IMG/VR virus record: IMGVR_UViG_2854418831_000003
Span: 1 to 64,000 of that record
Strand: one strand, 5' to 3'
DNA: 64,000 nt
Origin: a virus
Lineage: Duplodnaviria; Caudoviricetes
Below the pieces are notes generated by a model. The model had not been told where the DNA came from and did no database searches. It saw only the letters and a program-made list of their open reading frames with translations. Position numbers and translations under genes: made by a program. Below, in pieces: positions 8,933-18,478 of the stretch (the stretch's first letter is position 1; each line of letters starts with the position of its first letter).

Positions 8933-9296
8933 CCTTTTTATCCTCCCATAAATAACTTGAACCTTTCAGCATCCATAATGCTGCTTCCAAAAATGCAAGA
9001 TACCGTTCTGTCATACTATCAAGAACCGGTTCTGAAATAACTGGTTTTTCAGACTTCAAATCTTTTGCCACATCCTCCAAAACCAAACTCATTTCCTTCA
9101 TTTCTGACCGGATAATCTCAATTGTTTCTTTCTTTCCAACAACACATACATGATTGTAAATGCATGATCGGACGATATAATCCTGTTTTTTCATTCCGCT
9201 CACTTTCACTCGTTCTTCAATTGTTGCTTTTTCATAAGAATTCACCCGAAAAGAAATGGTCGTTGTGTTGTGTTTTCCATGTCTGTCACCAGCCAT
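8904..9296 (-). CDS. MobC-like ribbon-helix-helix protein
   Basis: TTISFRVNSYEKATIEERVKVSGMKKQDYIVRS; paralogous to 18122-18478. Confidence 0.55.
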   Translation of the reverse strand: MAGDRHGKHNTTTISFRVNSYEKATIEERVKVSGMKKQDYIVRSCIYNHVCVVGKKETIEIIRSEMKEMSLVLEDVAKDLKSEKPVISEPVLDSMTERYLAFLEAALWMLKGSSYLWEDKKDGRESNEGL

Positions 9297-9299
9297 CGC

Positions 9300-10379
9300 T
9301 TATTCCTCCTCTTCCTCATGTTTCTTATCTAGCAAACCTGCTAATTTACTCTGTGTAGACGGATACAGATGTGAATAAGTGTTCAACGTGGTTTCCACCT
9401 TTTCATGTCCAAGGCGTTCTGCAATCTCCAATGGAGCCACCCCCATATCAACCAGCATACTGGCATGGGAATGGCGGAGATCATGAAGTCGTATCCGCTT
9501 TACACCAGACCGCTCGATTCCGGTAGCCATACAATGTTCCATATGCGATTTGGTAAACCGAAAAAGTCTTTCCTTTTTCATAATTCCATACAAATGACTG
9601 CAATACTCCCTAAATTCCTCTGCAAGAAAATCCGGCATCGTAATCACACGGATACTCTTTGGAGTTTTCGGCTGCGTGATCATATCCTTTCCTTTCAGTC
9701 TCTGATAAGATTTATTGATTGATATGGTTTTCTCTTCAAGATTGATGTCATTATAAGTAAGTGCAAGCAATTCACCGATACGCATTCCGGTCCAGTACAA
9801 CAAAAGAAACGCCATTCTTGTCTCCGGCTTATCACTTACTGTTTCCAGAAAAGCATTGAACTCTTCCTGCATCCAGAAGTCCTTCGGTTCTCCTTTACTC
9901 TTGCCAATCGCTCCTGCCTTCCTGCAGGGATTATCCTGCAGGTTATAATACCGCATTGCATAATTGAAGATTGCAGTCAGCTGGCAGTTCACTGTTTTCA
10001 GATAAGTAGGAGAATATCCTTTTCCATTCTTATCCTTATACGTCAGCAACTCATTCTGCCATGCACGGACGTCTGCCACCGTAATTTCACTGAGAATCTT
10101 CTTTTCAAAATAAGGCTTGATTTTCAGGTCAATAATATATCGCTTCGTGTACATAGTGTTTTCTCTGAGACGGACATCCATATCTTTGTAATAAATCTCC
10201 AGAAAATTTCCAAATTCAATATCCACACCCTGGCTCTGCTGTTGCAGGAAATCTCTTTCCCATTCCTTAGCTTCACCCTTGGTCCTGAATCCTCTTTTCT
10301 GTTTTCTTTTCCGATTTCCCTGCCAGTCTTTGTAATAGACCTGTACTTTCCAGTTTTTTCCTTCTTTGTAAACCCCCAT
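9300..10379 (-). CDS. int: Tyrosine integrase of ICE A
   Basis: Arm-binding N-terminus KRGFRTK; catalytic TGMRIGE, PKT, HDLRHSHAS, LGH, Y. Confidence 0.93.
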   Translation of the reverse strand: MGVYKEGKNWKVQVYYKDWQGNRKRKQKRGFRTKGEAKEWERDFLQQQSQGVDIEFGNFLEIYYKDMDVRLRENTMYTKRYIIDLKIKPYFEKKILSEITVADVRAWQNELLTYKDKNGKGYSPTYLKTVNCQLTAIFNYAMRYYNLQDNPCRKAGAIGKSKGEPKDFWMQEEFNAFLETVSDKPETRMAFLLLYWTGMRIGELLALTYNDINLEEKTISINKSYQRLKGKDMITQPKTPKSIRVITMPDFLAEEFREYCSHLYGIMKKERLFRFTKSHMEHCMATGIERSGVKRIRLHDLRHSHASMLVDMGVAPLEIAERLGHEKVETTLNTYSHLYPSTQSKLAGLLDKKHEEEEE

Positions 10380-10381
10380 TG

Positions 10382-10579
10382 CTAATCCTCGACTTTCATG
10401 CCATAAATCTTTTCTGCCAGGAATTTCGTAGAGATTTTTCCAGCTACTACAATATAGCCTTTTGCCTTCAATTCTTTGTTGTATTCTCGCATCAGACTAT
10501 ATGCATAAGTTTTTGAAACTCCAAGAATTGCACACACATCATCCACATCCATATACATTTTTTCCTGCATCATACTCAT
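10382..10579 (-). CDS. Excisionase-like HTH protein 3
   Basis: MDVDDVCAILGVSKTYAYSLMREYNKELKAKGY. Confidence 0.7.
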   Translation of the reverse strand: MSMMQEKMYMDVDDVCAILGVSKTYAYSLMREYNKELKAKGYIVVAGKISTKFLAEKIYGMKVED

Positions 10580-10830
10580 ACCGCTTTATCCTCCTTCAAA
10601 TACTGCTCAACATGTTCCAGACCATAGATCTTGTCCTCTACATAGCGGGTTGGCACCCGACCGAGAATCACATAATAGTTCTTGCTTGCCAGATCGGCAT
10701 TCATTCTTTCCACTACCCGGTAAGCAAACGAAACTGATAATCCAAAGAGTTCTGCAATGTCTTCCACTGATAAATACATTTTTCTCTTACGCATGAAACC
10801 ATTCCTTTCCCTCTTCCTGTGGAATCTCAC
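10576..10830 (-). CDS. Excisionase-like HTH protein 2 (likely start MRKRKMY)
   Basis: LSVEDIAELFGLSVSFAYRVVERMNADL..GRVPTRY. Confidence 0.7.
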   Translation of the reverse strand: MRFHRKRERNGFMRKRKMYLSVEDIAELFGLSVSFAYRVVERMNADLASKNYYVILGRVPTRYVEDKIYGLEHVEQYLKEDKAV

Positions 10831-11014
10831 AAGTATCTTCTACTCCGTAGAAACGCTTCACAAAATACTTTGTCGGAACTTTTCCTCTAAGCGTCAGGTA
10901 GCCCTGTTCTTCCAGTTCCTTGTTCAGATTTCCGATGATTTCATAAGCCGATGTCTGTTTTACTTCCAGAAGTTCACATATATCGGCTGCCTTTAAAAAT
11001 AATTTATTCTGCAT
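10787..11014 (-). CDS. Excisionase-like HTH protein 1
   Basis: FLKAADICELLEVKQTSAYEIIGNLNKELEEQGY..GKVPTKY. Confidence 0.7.
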   Translation of the reverse strand: MQNKLFLKAADICELLEVKQTSAYEIIGNLNKELEEQGYLTLRGKVPTKYFVKRFYGVEDTCEIPQEEGKEWFHA

Positions 11015-11050
11015 AATCAGTACCTCCTGTGTTTTGAATATTTATCTCTT

Positions 11051-11109
11051 CATATACTCTGTACTGGCAGATGCAAAATCGGACATCATTTTCCGAAATT
11101 TATCAAATT
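11051..11109 (-). promoter_or_regulatory. Conserved ICE promoter/operator motif, copy 2
   Basis: Near-duplicate of 4140-4198, upstream of the xis-int operon. Confidence 0.55.
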
Positions 11110-11363
11110 TTCTTGTTTTTTAATTCTCCATCAGTGTGATTACTGTGTCATGGAGTTTAAGCTCATCGAAAGTAAAGAACCTTTCTGTGGTATCTGTTTT
11201 CTAAATGCAGGCAACAAAAAAACAGTCTGCCTTGACGAAAATCACTTCAATCAAAACAAACTGTTCTTCATATTTACTCTAATTTTATTTTATGAGAATA
11301 ACCGATTTCACGAAATTTGCAGGTGAATCTGGAATATAAACAAGAGAAAAAAATAATTTTTAA

Positions 11364-11587
11364 ACTCCATTTGCACTCCATTTGGTCTTTTCGACACCCC
11401 GCAAAGCCTTTATTTATGGGCTTTTCCGCGATTTTTCAAGCTACTCAAACTCGCAAATGAGTTTTTGTCACTATACAATTTTGTATAGGCGTTATGGTTC
11501 TATCTGGTTTTATATGTGTTCCACTATCCTTAGTCCACGGACTGTACTGAACGGTGTTATCAATTTGTTATCATATTTCTGTTATCA
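11364..11587. other. att junction between ICE A and element B
   Basis: ACTCCATTTG x2 (11364, 11375), core TCAAACTC (11445-11452), TGTTATCA x3 (11555, 11566, 11580). Confidence 0.6.
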
Positions 11588-11899
11588 ATCAAAAATTCTT
11601 GTAATATCCTGATACCGATTGATGACACGATAAATCTCCACATACTCGTTACCAACCTTGTAGATAATCACATAATCTTCCCATATCGCATATTTATAGT
11701 CTGTCCGAAAGCTGACTCGTTTGGAAAGATCTGATCCCATTCCCGGAAACATCTGAAGATTCTCAAATTTCCCGTAAATTTCCTTTATGGTTTTTGCCGC
11801 ATATTCCTCATTGTCTTCAGCAATGTAATCCCGAATATTCTTCAGATCCTTTGCAACAATCGGGTTAATCCGCAATTTTAACATCTTATTCCCCCACAA
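11585..11899 (-). CDS. RelE/ParE family toxin
   Basis: KDLKNIRDYIAEDN..FPGMG..YVIIYKV..VEIYRVI. Confidence 0.85.
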   Translation of the reverse strand: MWGNKMLKLRINPIVAKDLKNIRDYIAEDNEEYAAKTIKEIYGKFENLQMFPGMGSDLSKRVSFRTDYKYAIWEDYVIIYKVGNEYVEIYRVINRYQDITRIFD

Positions 11900-12134
11900 G
11901 TGCCTTCAGTTCATCCAAATCCAGCCATCCTTCGCCATCTTTCACTGCTTCTTCGGCTTCCTGCAGCTTCATCAAAAGCTTCTTTTCCGCACGATCACGT
12001 TCATAATCTTCAAAATCCATAACCACAAAACGTCCTCTACCATTCTTGGTAAGATATACAGGCTCGCCTTTGTGACAGTTCTTCAGGACTTCGTTATAAT
12101 TTCTCAAATCAGATACTGGTAAAATACTTGCCAT
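11886..12134 (-). CDS. Phd/YefM family antitoxin
   Basis: ILPVSDLRNY..EPVYLTKNGRGRFVVMD; overlaps the toxin gene. Confidence 0.88.
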   Translation of the reverse strand: MASILPVSDLRNYNEVLKNCHKGEPVYLTKNGRGRFVVMDFEDYERDRAEKKLLMKLQEAEEAVKDGEGWLDLDELKALVGE

Positions 12135-12303
12135 ATTCTTTCAGCTCCTTCCTTGATTTTATATTGTTTCTGCTACTTATATTATACACAAAAAGCTGTA
12201 AAATTCAACGTGAACTTTTACAGCTTTTTATTCAAGTGATAATCCAGACTTTGTTGTTACAGAATTCCGTATAAATAAAATATCATTCTTTATTGAATAT
12301 TAA

Positions 12304-13833
12304 CTACATTTTCACCAGTTTAGTAGAAAGCGTCTCCTTAAACTTAACATCATGTTCTACAAGCAACATCGTCGGGGCATAGTGCATTAACAATTTTTCA
12401 ATCTGCATTCTGGAAAAAACGTCAATATAATTCAGCGGCTCATCCCATATGTAGATATGTGCCGGTGTGAGCAGACTGGACGCTATCAGAACCTTCTTTT
12501 TCTGTCCCTCTGAAAATTCTATCATATCCTTATCAAACTGTACTCTTGAAAAATCAAGTTGTCTTAAAAGTGTCAGTAAAAGTGTATAATCAATATCATT
12601 TTTTTCTGCATAAGCTTTCAAAGTTCCTCTCAGATGAGAAGTATCCTGACTGATATACGAAATCTTAAGGCCGCTTACTACCGATAGAGTTCCTGTTGTT
12701 TCATAGTTCAACTCTCTTTCAGCTTTTCCGTTTACCTGTGCCAAAATTGATTTTATAAGACTCGACTTTCCACACCCATTATTTCCATCTAAAAACACCC
12801 TTTCCCCCTGCACTATTTCAAACGATATATTTTTCAGAGAAGGTTCTTCTGCATCCTTGTAACAAAGTGAAAAATCCTTACATTCTATCAGTCTTTCTTT
12901 ATGATGTGTAAGTGGTTGGAGCTTTAAATCTGTGATTTCTTCAATCTCATTCAAAAGTCCTTCCTTTTCTTCAATCTCATTCAGAATTCTTTTTTCAAAA
13001 GATTTTACTCTGCTTTGCATCTTTTTTGTTTTAGCACCAATATATGACCTTGTTCCAAGAAATCTATCGTGTTCTTTAACCGGATCAAAACCTATCTTCG
13101 TTCCTTCGTTTTTTTCAGCCCAACGCTTTGACCTGTCTGCTGATTTCCTAAGCTTATGTATTTCTTTTAGGTGTTTTTCGTTTTCGGCTTTTGCATTCAT
13201 ATCAGCACGTTCCTTGTTTTCCCACCAACTGGAAAAATTCCCCGTCTGGACTTCTATGCCAACACGCTTAAGCACCAGTACATGATCAATGCATGCGTCC
13301 AAAAAATCTCTATCATGTGAAACCAAAATAAATCCCTTCTTACTGGAAAGATACTTTTTTATAATCTCCCTGGCATCCTTATCCAGATGATTTGTAGGCT
13401 CATCAATCAATAAAAAATCATTCTCTCCAGAAAATAACACAGCTAACATCACCTTTGTTCTTTCTCCTAAACTAAGTGTCGAAAAAGGACGATACAAAAT
13501 TTCAATGTCAATTCCCAAATTTGACAATTCACACATTACACGCCAATTTTCCACACCTGGTTTCCATTTTTCCATCAAATCGTCTGCATTTTTTGACATA
13601 TCTTCAACTGAGATCTTGTATGGAAAATAATCATACACGATTCCCTTGCTGATACTTCCGCTATATTCATATTTCCCAAGTAAGAGATTTAAAAAAGTAG
13701 TTTTTCCCTTTCCATTTCTTCCTATAAAACCAAGTTTCCAATTTGTATCTATGGAAAAAGAAACGTCATCAAATACCTTATCAAAACTTCCTTCATATGC
13801 GAAGGTTAAATTACATACGTTAATTTGAGCCAT
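12304..13833 (-). CDS. ABC-F ribosomal protection protein (Lsa/CplR-like)
   Basis: Two ABC domains (GRNGKGKTT, SLGERTK, DEPTNHLD; GNNGCGKS, SEGQKKK, DEPLNYID), no TM segments; start MAQINV chosen by RBS. Confidence 0.85.
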   Translation of the reverse strand: MAQINVCNLTFAYEGSFDKVFDDVSFSIDTNWKLGFIGRNGKGKTTFLNLLLGKYEYSGSISKGIVYDYFPYKISVEDMSKNADDLMEKWKPGVENWRVMCELSNLGIDIEILYRPFSTLSLGERTKVMLAVLFSGENDFLLIDEPTNHLDKDAREIIKKYLSSKKGFILVSHDRDFLDACIDHVLVLKRVGIEVQTGNFSSWWENKERADMNAKAENEKHLKEIHKLRKSADRSKRWAEKNEGTKIGFDPVKEHDRFLGTRSYIGAKTKKMQSRVKSFEKRILNEIEEKEGLLNEIEEITDLKLQPLTHHKERLIECKDFSLCYKDAEEPSLKNISFEIVQGERVFLDGNNGCGKSSLIKSILAQVNGKAERELNYETTGTLSVVSGLKISYISQDTSHLRGTLKAYAEKNDIDYTLLLTLLRQLDFSRVQFDKDMIEFSEGQKKKVLIASSLLTPAHIYIWDEPLNYIDVFSRMQIEKLLMHYAPTMLLVEHDVKFKETLSTKLVKM

Positions 13834-14028
13834 AAAATCTCCCTTCGCCTGTAAATAACAAACGGCCCTATAATGCATACGCAAAATAGAACCGCAAAAT
13901 AAGCCTATATTATTATCATAAGATAAGAATAAGGAAAAATAAAATGCGATAATTCAATCTGAGCATACACAAATAATAGTCCCGTTTCACAGGTCTTATT
14001 CTATACTATGTGTTTTGCCTAAACCAAA

Positions 14029-14043
14029 TTATCTGTTAAACAT
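14029..14043 (-). promoter_or_regulatory. Putative leader uORF MFNR upstream of the ABC-F gene
   Basis: AAGGTGAGGAA ATG TTT AAC AGA TAA about 200 nt upstream of the ABC-F start. Confidence 0.3.
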
Positions 14044-14204
14044 TTCCTCACCTTACACGACATGTGCTCTTTCTTTTTTATTTGCCTTAAAGACTTTTCG
14101 ATTATATCATCCTTTTTGAGGTTATGCAACTTAAAATATTTTTATATTCACATTCGACATTTCTCTATTCTCCAAAGAGCAGCCTTTTCGACTGCTCTCC
14201 CTTC

Positions 14205-14579
14205 TTAGAAATGTACAATATTTCTCAGTACTATCTCTTCCGCACAATTTCTGATATTATTCATTAACCCAACCCATTTCATCTGCTCCTGTTTCTTCAA
14301 TGTTTCTGTCACACCCTGTTTTTCTGCCATCTGCTCCACTAACATCCATACCTGCTTTCTGGCTTCCTGATCGACCTGATTCAAATGTGTTGTCAGCTTT
14401 CCAGTCAATAAGAGATACTGATATTTTGCCGATCTGTTTTCTCTTAAAAACTCTTTTCGCAGCATTCCATACTTCCCATAGATCGGTTCTTCCTCATTTA
14501 ATTTCAAATCCGGGATGTAATAATCACCATGCAATGTATAACTTAATCCATTATTTTTGTCATAAATCTGTTTTTCCAT
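14205..14579 (-). CDS. tnpV: TnpV family protein
   Basis: NGLSYTLHGDYYIPDL..GKYGMLRKEFL..WVGLMNNIRNCAEEIV. Confidence 0.85.
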   Translation of the reverse strand: MEKQIYDKNNGLSYTLHGDYYIPDLKLNEEEPIYGKYGMLRKEFLRENRSAKYQYLLLTGKLTTHLNQVDQEARKQVWMLVEQMAEKQGVTETLKKQEQMKWVGLMNNIRNCAEEIVLRNIVHF

Positions 14580-14583
14580 AATC

Positions 14584-16002
14584 CTAAATCTCCATTCCTC
14601 TGTATTTCGTTTTGTTTTTCCTTGACTGCGTATTACGTTCCTGGCTTCTCTCCCTTGCCCATTGCAGCCTGTCACTCATTTTTCTTGGCATCTGCTCTTT
14701 CCGGAGTTTCTCTTCAAGTTCTTGCTGAATTTGAATATCTTTCTGTACCGCAGCATCCACTGTACTTATCCCCAGCACTCGCACTACCCGATCATACCGG
14801 TTGGATACATTCAATAACTTTTCATTTTTCTCAGATAAGCAGTTATTATCATGACGTAACTCCTGCAATTCGATTTTCATACTTTGACATTTCTGTTTTT
14901 CTTTCTGATACTTTCTTTTCCATGTTTCCACTTGTCTGGTAAGTTCTTTCACCTGTACAGCCATTGCAGCAATCTTATTTTTCATCTTGATAAACAATGG
15001 TTTTATTTTCTTATCTCGATAAGTTGCTGCACGTTCCAATGGTCCTGTTTCCGGCAATAATAGCTCAATTGCTCCAATCTCTTTTAACTCCTTGTTTACA
15101 GAATCCATGATCGGCTGTAACTGCTCTCTGTGCTGTTCCAGATTTTTCAATTCTTTTTCGGCTTTCTCTGCACGTTGTTCTGCCATCTCTTTATCTTTTT
15201 GTGCCTGATTTTTTTCTTCTTCCAGCATTTTAATTTCGGCTTTGATTTCTGCAATCTGGGATGTCAATCCTTCGTTTTCTGCTGTCAGATACTCTTTTTC
15301 CTGTTCCAGTGCCTGTACTTCCTTTTTACGCTCTTTCTTCTTAAAATTATATACGTCCAGATGTTCCTCATGGGTGCCCTTCTGCTCCCATTCTATTCCA
15401 TGTTCCCTGGCAATCTCAGCAAGTACTTCTTTTTCATGGTTTATCCACTGATTCAGCTCCGTATCATGTTTGTTTCCACCCTGAAATCCCAGACTTTTCA
15501 ATGCCTGCTTCAGTGAAACCCTTGTATCCATCCCTTTGCCTTTCCAGCCAGTCACATAAGGTACAAAATCAATATGCAAATGTGGAGTCGCTTCATCCTG
15601 ATGCAAACAACAGCTAAATACTCTCAGTGTCGGATTCCTCTTCTGAAAATCCTGTATATATTCATCCAGAACCTTCACTGCAAGTTCCCCATCGGGTGTT
15701 CCAGCAGCCATATCTTCACAATTTCCAATTTGAAAAATGACTTCATGGAACAGCTTTTCCTGCTTACCCTGCCGGATCTTCTCATAATAATTTGTAATCT
15801 GCCGATCTTTCCTTTTTCCGACATTATAACGCTCCACCGATTCATCAAATAGTTCCTTATATACTTGTTTTAAATTTTCATTCTGATAGCAGATATTCAG
15901 ATGTACTCTGTCCAGATCTACATTTCCCGCTATAAAATCTCGTCTGTTATGAGCAAGAGATCCAGCTCCAATCATACCGCTGATGGTTCTTTTCATCGTC
16001 AT
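14584..16002 (-). CDS. mobV: MobV/Pre family relaxase
   Basis: HNRR motif, HEVIFQIG, HQDEATPHLHIDF (HUH), coiled-coil C-terminus. Confidence 0.88.
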   Translation of the reverse strand: MTMKRTISGMIGAGSLAHNRRDFIAGNVDLDRVHLNICYQNENLKQVYKELFDESVERYNVGKRKDRQITNYYEKIRQGKQEKLFHEVIFQIGNCEDMAAGTPDGELAVKVLDEYIQDFQKRNPTLRVFSCCLHQDEATPHLHIDFVPYVTGWKGKGMDTRVSLKQALKSLGFQGGNKHDTELNQWINHEKEVLAEIAREHGIEWEQKGTHEEHLDVYNFKKKERKKEVQALEQEKEYLTAENEGLTSQIAEIKAEIKMLEEEKNQAQKDKEMAEQRAEKAEKELKNLEQHREQLQPIMDSVNKELKEIGAIELLLPETGPLERAATYRDKKIKPLFIKMKNKIAAMAVQVKELTRQVETWKRKYQKEKQKCQSMKIELQELRHDNNCLSEKNEKLLNVSNRYDRVVRVLGISTVDAAVQKDIQIQQELEEKLRKEQMPRKMSDRLQWARERSQERNTQSRKNKTKYRGMEI

Positions 16003-16029
16003 ATTGCCTCACCTCACTTTCTGAAACCA

Positions 16030-16128
16030 GTGCCAGATATGGCACATAATTTTTATTTACGCCAGTCATGGCAGTTATAAGAAATCTGCGCCGGATACGG
16101 CGGTTTTGTTACTTTTGTCAAAAGTAAC
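16030..16128. promoter_or_regulatory. Candidate oriT upstream of mobV
   Basis: Inverted repeats GTGCCA-GATA-TGGCAC (16030) and GTTACTTTT-GTC-AAAAGTAAC (16108-16128). Confidence 0.45.
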
Positions 16129-16223
16129 GCAAAAGCACTTTCGACAGCCGTACCGTCCATCAAAAGTACCCTTGCGCCCTGCCGGGGGCTATGCCTCCCT
16201 TCGGTCGGTGTGGCTGTGCCCGG

Positions 16224-16451
16224 TTATATCCTTGCCTGAATATATTCCAAATCACCACGGTAAGGTGTCCCTACCAGATACCAGTTCCGGGCAGCATCCA
16301 TTTCCATCCGAGTCTGTACCCATTTGCCATCCATCAAAATCTGCAGGCATTCCCCACAGTGCAATCCGGTATCGATCCATAAATCCGATGACAAGATACC
16401 GTATCTTCCGTTGCTGCTGTTGTAACCAAGTCTTCCTTCTCTCATTTTCAC
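16224..16451 (-). CDS. Small conserved protein (DUF5348-like)
   Basis: GLHCGECLQILMDGKWVQTRMEMD..WYLVG. Confidence 0.65.
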   Translation of the reverse strand: MKMREGRLGYNSSNGRYGILSSDLWIDTGLHCGECLQILMDGKWVQTRMEMDAARNWYLVGTPYRGDLEYIQARI

Positions 16452-16623
16452 GTTCTCCCTTCATTCATCTTTATCGCAAGGATGCCCTGAAACAGGGCTC
16501 CCTTCGCAGCCATTCACCTATCGTTAGTGCAAGAACATTCCGTCTGCACCTTACAGTCTGTTCCTTGTTTGCTATCTACAGGTGCGTGACACGCTCCTGT
16601 CGTAAGGTAGTCAACAAGAACTG

Positions 16624-16953
16624 TTACCATCGGAAACTGTCCGGTATGCCTCGTCTATCCAGATATTCCTGCCGGGATTTTTCCCGTTCTTCCTTTGTAG
16701 AGGCAGTTTTCGACTGTGTATATAATTGCCTGTTCGCCATACGATCCACCTTTTCCATAAGCCCTTTGCAGATTTCCTCCGAACAGCTTTGATCTTCCAT
16801 CAAATGATAGGAAACCAACTGTCTGAATAGAGTAAATGGTATCTGTACATTTTTTATTTCCATGTTGTATCCTTTCAAGGTGGCAAGATGCCCTGTTCTT
16901 AAGAAATGGTCATCTTGCCATCTTCTTTTTATTCTGACAGCATCCAGAACCAT
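16624..16953 (-). CDS. Hypothetical protein
   Basis: ORF ending REKSRQEYLDRRGIPDSFRW, a motif typical of such elements. Confidence 0.55.
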   Translation of the reverse strand: MVLDAVRIKRRWQDDHFLRTGHLATLKGYNMEIKNVQIPFTLFRQLVSYHLMEDQSCSEEICKGLMEKVDRMANRQLYTQSKTASTKEEREKSRQEYLDRRGIPDSFRW

Positions 16954-17999
16954 TGATTTCCACGTTTTACAGAATCGATCTCCAGTTCCAGTTTTGCATT
17001 TCGCAGTGTTTTCTTCTTAATCCCACGCTTTTCAGCTTCTTCTTCAATCTTTTTCTGAGCCATACCACCGTTAGCCAGTATCTCCAGCAAGAACTCTTTC
17101 GCTTTCCGACTTTTTTGCCCTCTGCTGTCACCACTAAGCAGGTCATCTGCGCTGATGTCATATTCCCCTATCCATTCAAAACCCGTCTCCTTATCCAGAC
17201 GGAATGCTATGGATTTTCCTTCCGGTGCAAGGGAACTTTTCACATGGCATACCACACGGATTTCCGGTTCATCCTTAATTCGCCCCACGATTAGCACGCT
17301 TCTGGCTGCCGCCTGAAAATCAATCGAACCCAATCCACGGTAAGAAGACTTGCCATTACTGTTTTTGTTCATATGCCCGATCAGAATTATTGCACAGTGA
17401 TATTTCTCTGCAAGCACTGCCACGCGTTTCATCAGTGGGCGGATTTCATTTGCCCGGTGCATATCCACCTCTGCACCAAGAAAGCCTTGTATCGGGTCTA
17501 ATACCACCAGACGGGCTTTTGTCTGGACAATAGCTTCCTCCAACCGAATATCCAGCATAGTAAGTGGCTGTTCCCGGTCATCAATGACCAGTACTCTGGA
17601 ACAGTCTGCACCAGCTGCCAGAAGTCTCGGCTTAATCGTATCGCCCAGTCCATCCTCTGCAGTCTGGTAAATAACATTCACAGGCTCTATTGGACTTTCC
17701 GATAATTTCACATCAGAATCAGCAGCCGTTTCTGCTCTGTCCTTTACTTCTGCTGTATTTTCCTTCCTCGGAAGAATCTCCTCACCCTTTGTCAGCTTTG
17801 CAATGACCTGAAGCACCATCGTAGTCTTGCCTTCACCGGGATCTCCCTGAATAATCGTTACCTTCCCAAAAGGGATAAACGGGTAAAACAGCCATTTAAT
17901 CTGCTCTACCTCCACCGTTTCCATATTGATCAGCTTCAGATCTGGCTCCATCCTTTTTGTTTCTGTTTTCTTTGTCTCTACTTTGTTCGTTTCCATCAT
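16929..17999 (-). CDS. AAA_25 / RepA-like ATPase (primase-helicase type)
   Basis: GDPGEGKTT, VIYQTAED, LVVLDPIQ, GHMNK..GLGSIDF. Confidence 0.85.
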   Translation of the reverse strand: MMETNKVETKKTETKRMEPDLKLINMETVEVEQIKWLFYPFIPFGKVTIIQGDPGEGKTTMVLQVIAKLTKGEEILPRKENTAEVKDRAETAADSDVKLSESPIEPVNVIYQTAEDGLGDTIKPRLLAAGADCSRVLVIDDREQPLTMLDIRLEEAIVQTKARLVVLDPIQGFLGAEVDMHRANEIRPLMKRVAVLAEKYHCAIILIGHMNKNSNGKSSYRGLGSIDFQAAARSVLIVGRIKDEPEIRVVCHVKSSLAPEGKSIAFRLDKETGFEWIGEYDISADDLLSGDSRGQKSRKAKEFLLEILANGGMAQKKIEEEAEKRGIKKKTLRNAKLELEIDSVKRGNQWFWMLSE

Positions 18000-18121
18000 T
18001 CCTCCTTATTTTCCCGTTGAAAGGAAGCGGGGATTTTGATAGAATACCCATAGAAAGATTTTGGATGAATATTCTACCAAATCCCTGCCTTTAGGTGTTT
18101 GCCGACACTTAAAGGCTTTTT

Positions 18122-18478
18122 CTATTCCTCCTTCATGCCATCCATCGTGATTGTGATCAGCCGGATCACTTCCAGTAAATCCTCCGACACATTATCACCC
18201 TTTTTCAAACGTTTCAGCTCATTCAGAACCTTTGTAAGCTCATTCTTCAACGCTTTATACACTCTCGGATTTCCTGTCACTACAACCTCTTTTTTCTGCA
18301 ATCTTCGGATAATATAATCCTGTTTGGTCAGACCGGACAATTTAACCGCTGTTTCCAGAAGTTCATCCTCCTCCGGTGATACCCGAAAAGCTACCGTTTT
18401 ATTTCTCCAACGCCCCTGTCTATCCAAACATTTAGCTGACATACGCAAGTCCTCCTTCCCTATCATTTGGTTCTTCAT
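18122..18478 (-). CDS. MobC-like ribbon-helix-helix protein
   Basis: TVAFRVSPEEDELLETAVKLSGLTKQDYII. Confidence 0.6.
   Translation of the reverse strand: MKNQMIGKEDLRMSAKCLDRQGRWRNKTVAFRVSPEEDELLETAVKLSGLTKQDYIIRRLQKKEVVVTGNPRVYKALKNELTKVLNELKRLKKGDNVSEDLLEVIRLITITMDGMKEE

Larger units (their letters stand above)
1..11452 (-). mobile_element. ICE A (right part; continues left of window)
   Basis: VirD4, PcfB, SSB, RepA_N, ParAB, tyrosine integrase and xis genes are co-oriented; ends at arm repeats (11364-11384) plus core TCAAACTC (11445-11452). Confidence 0.8.
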
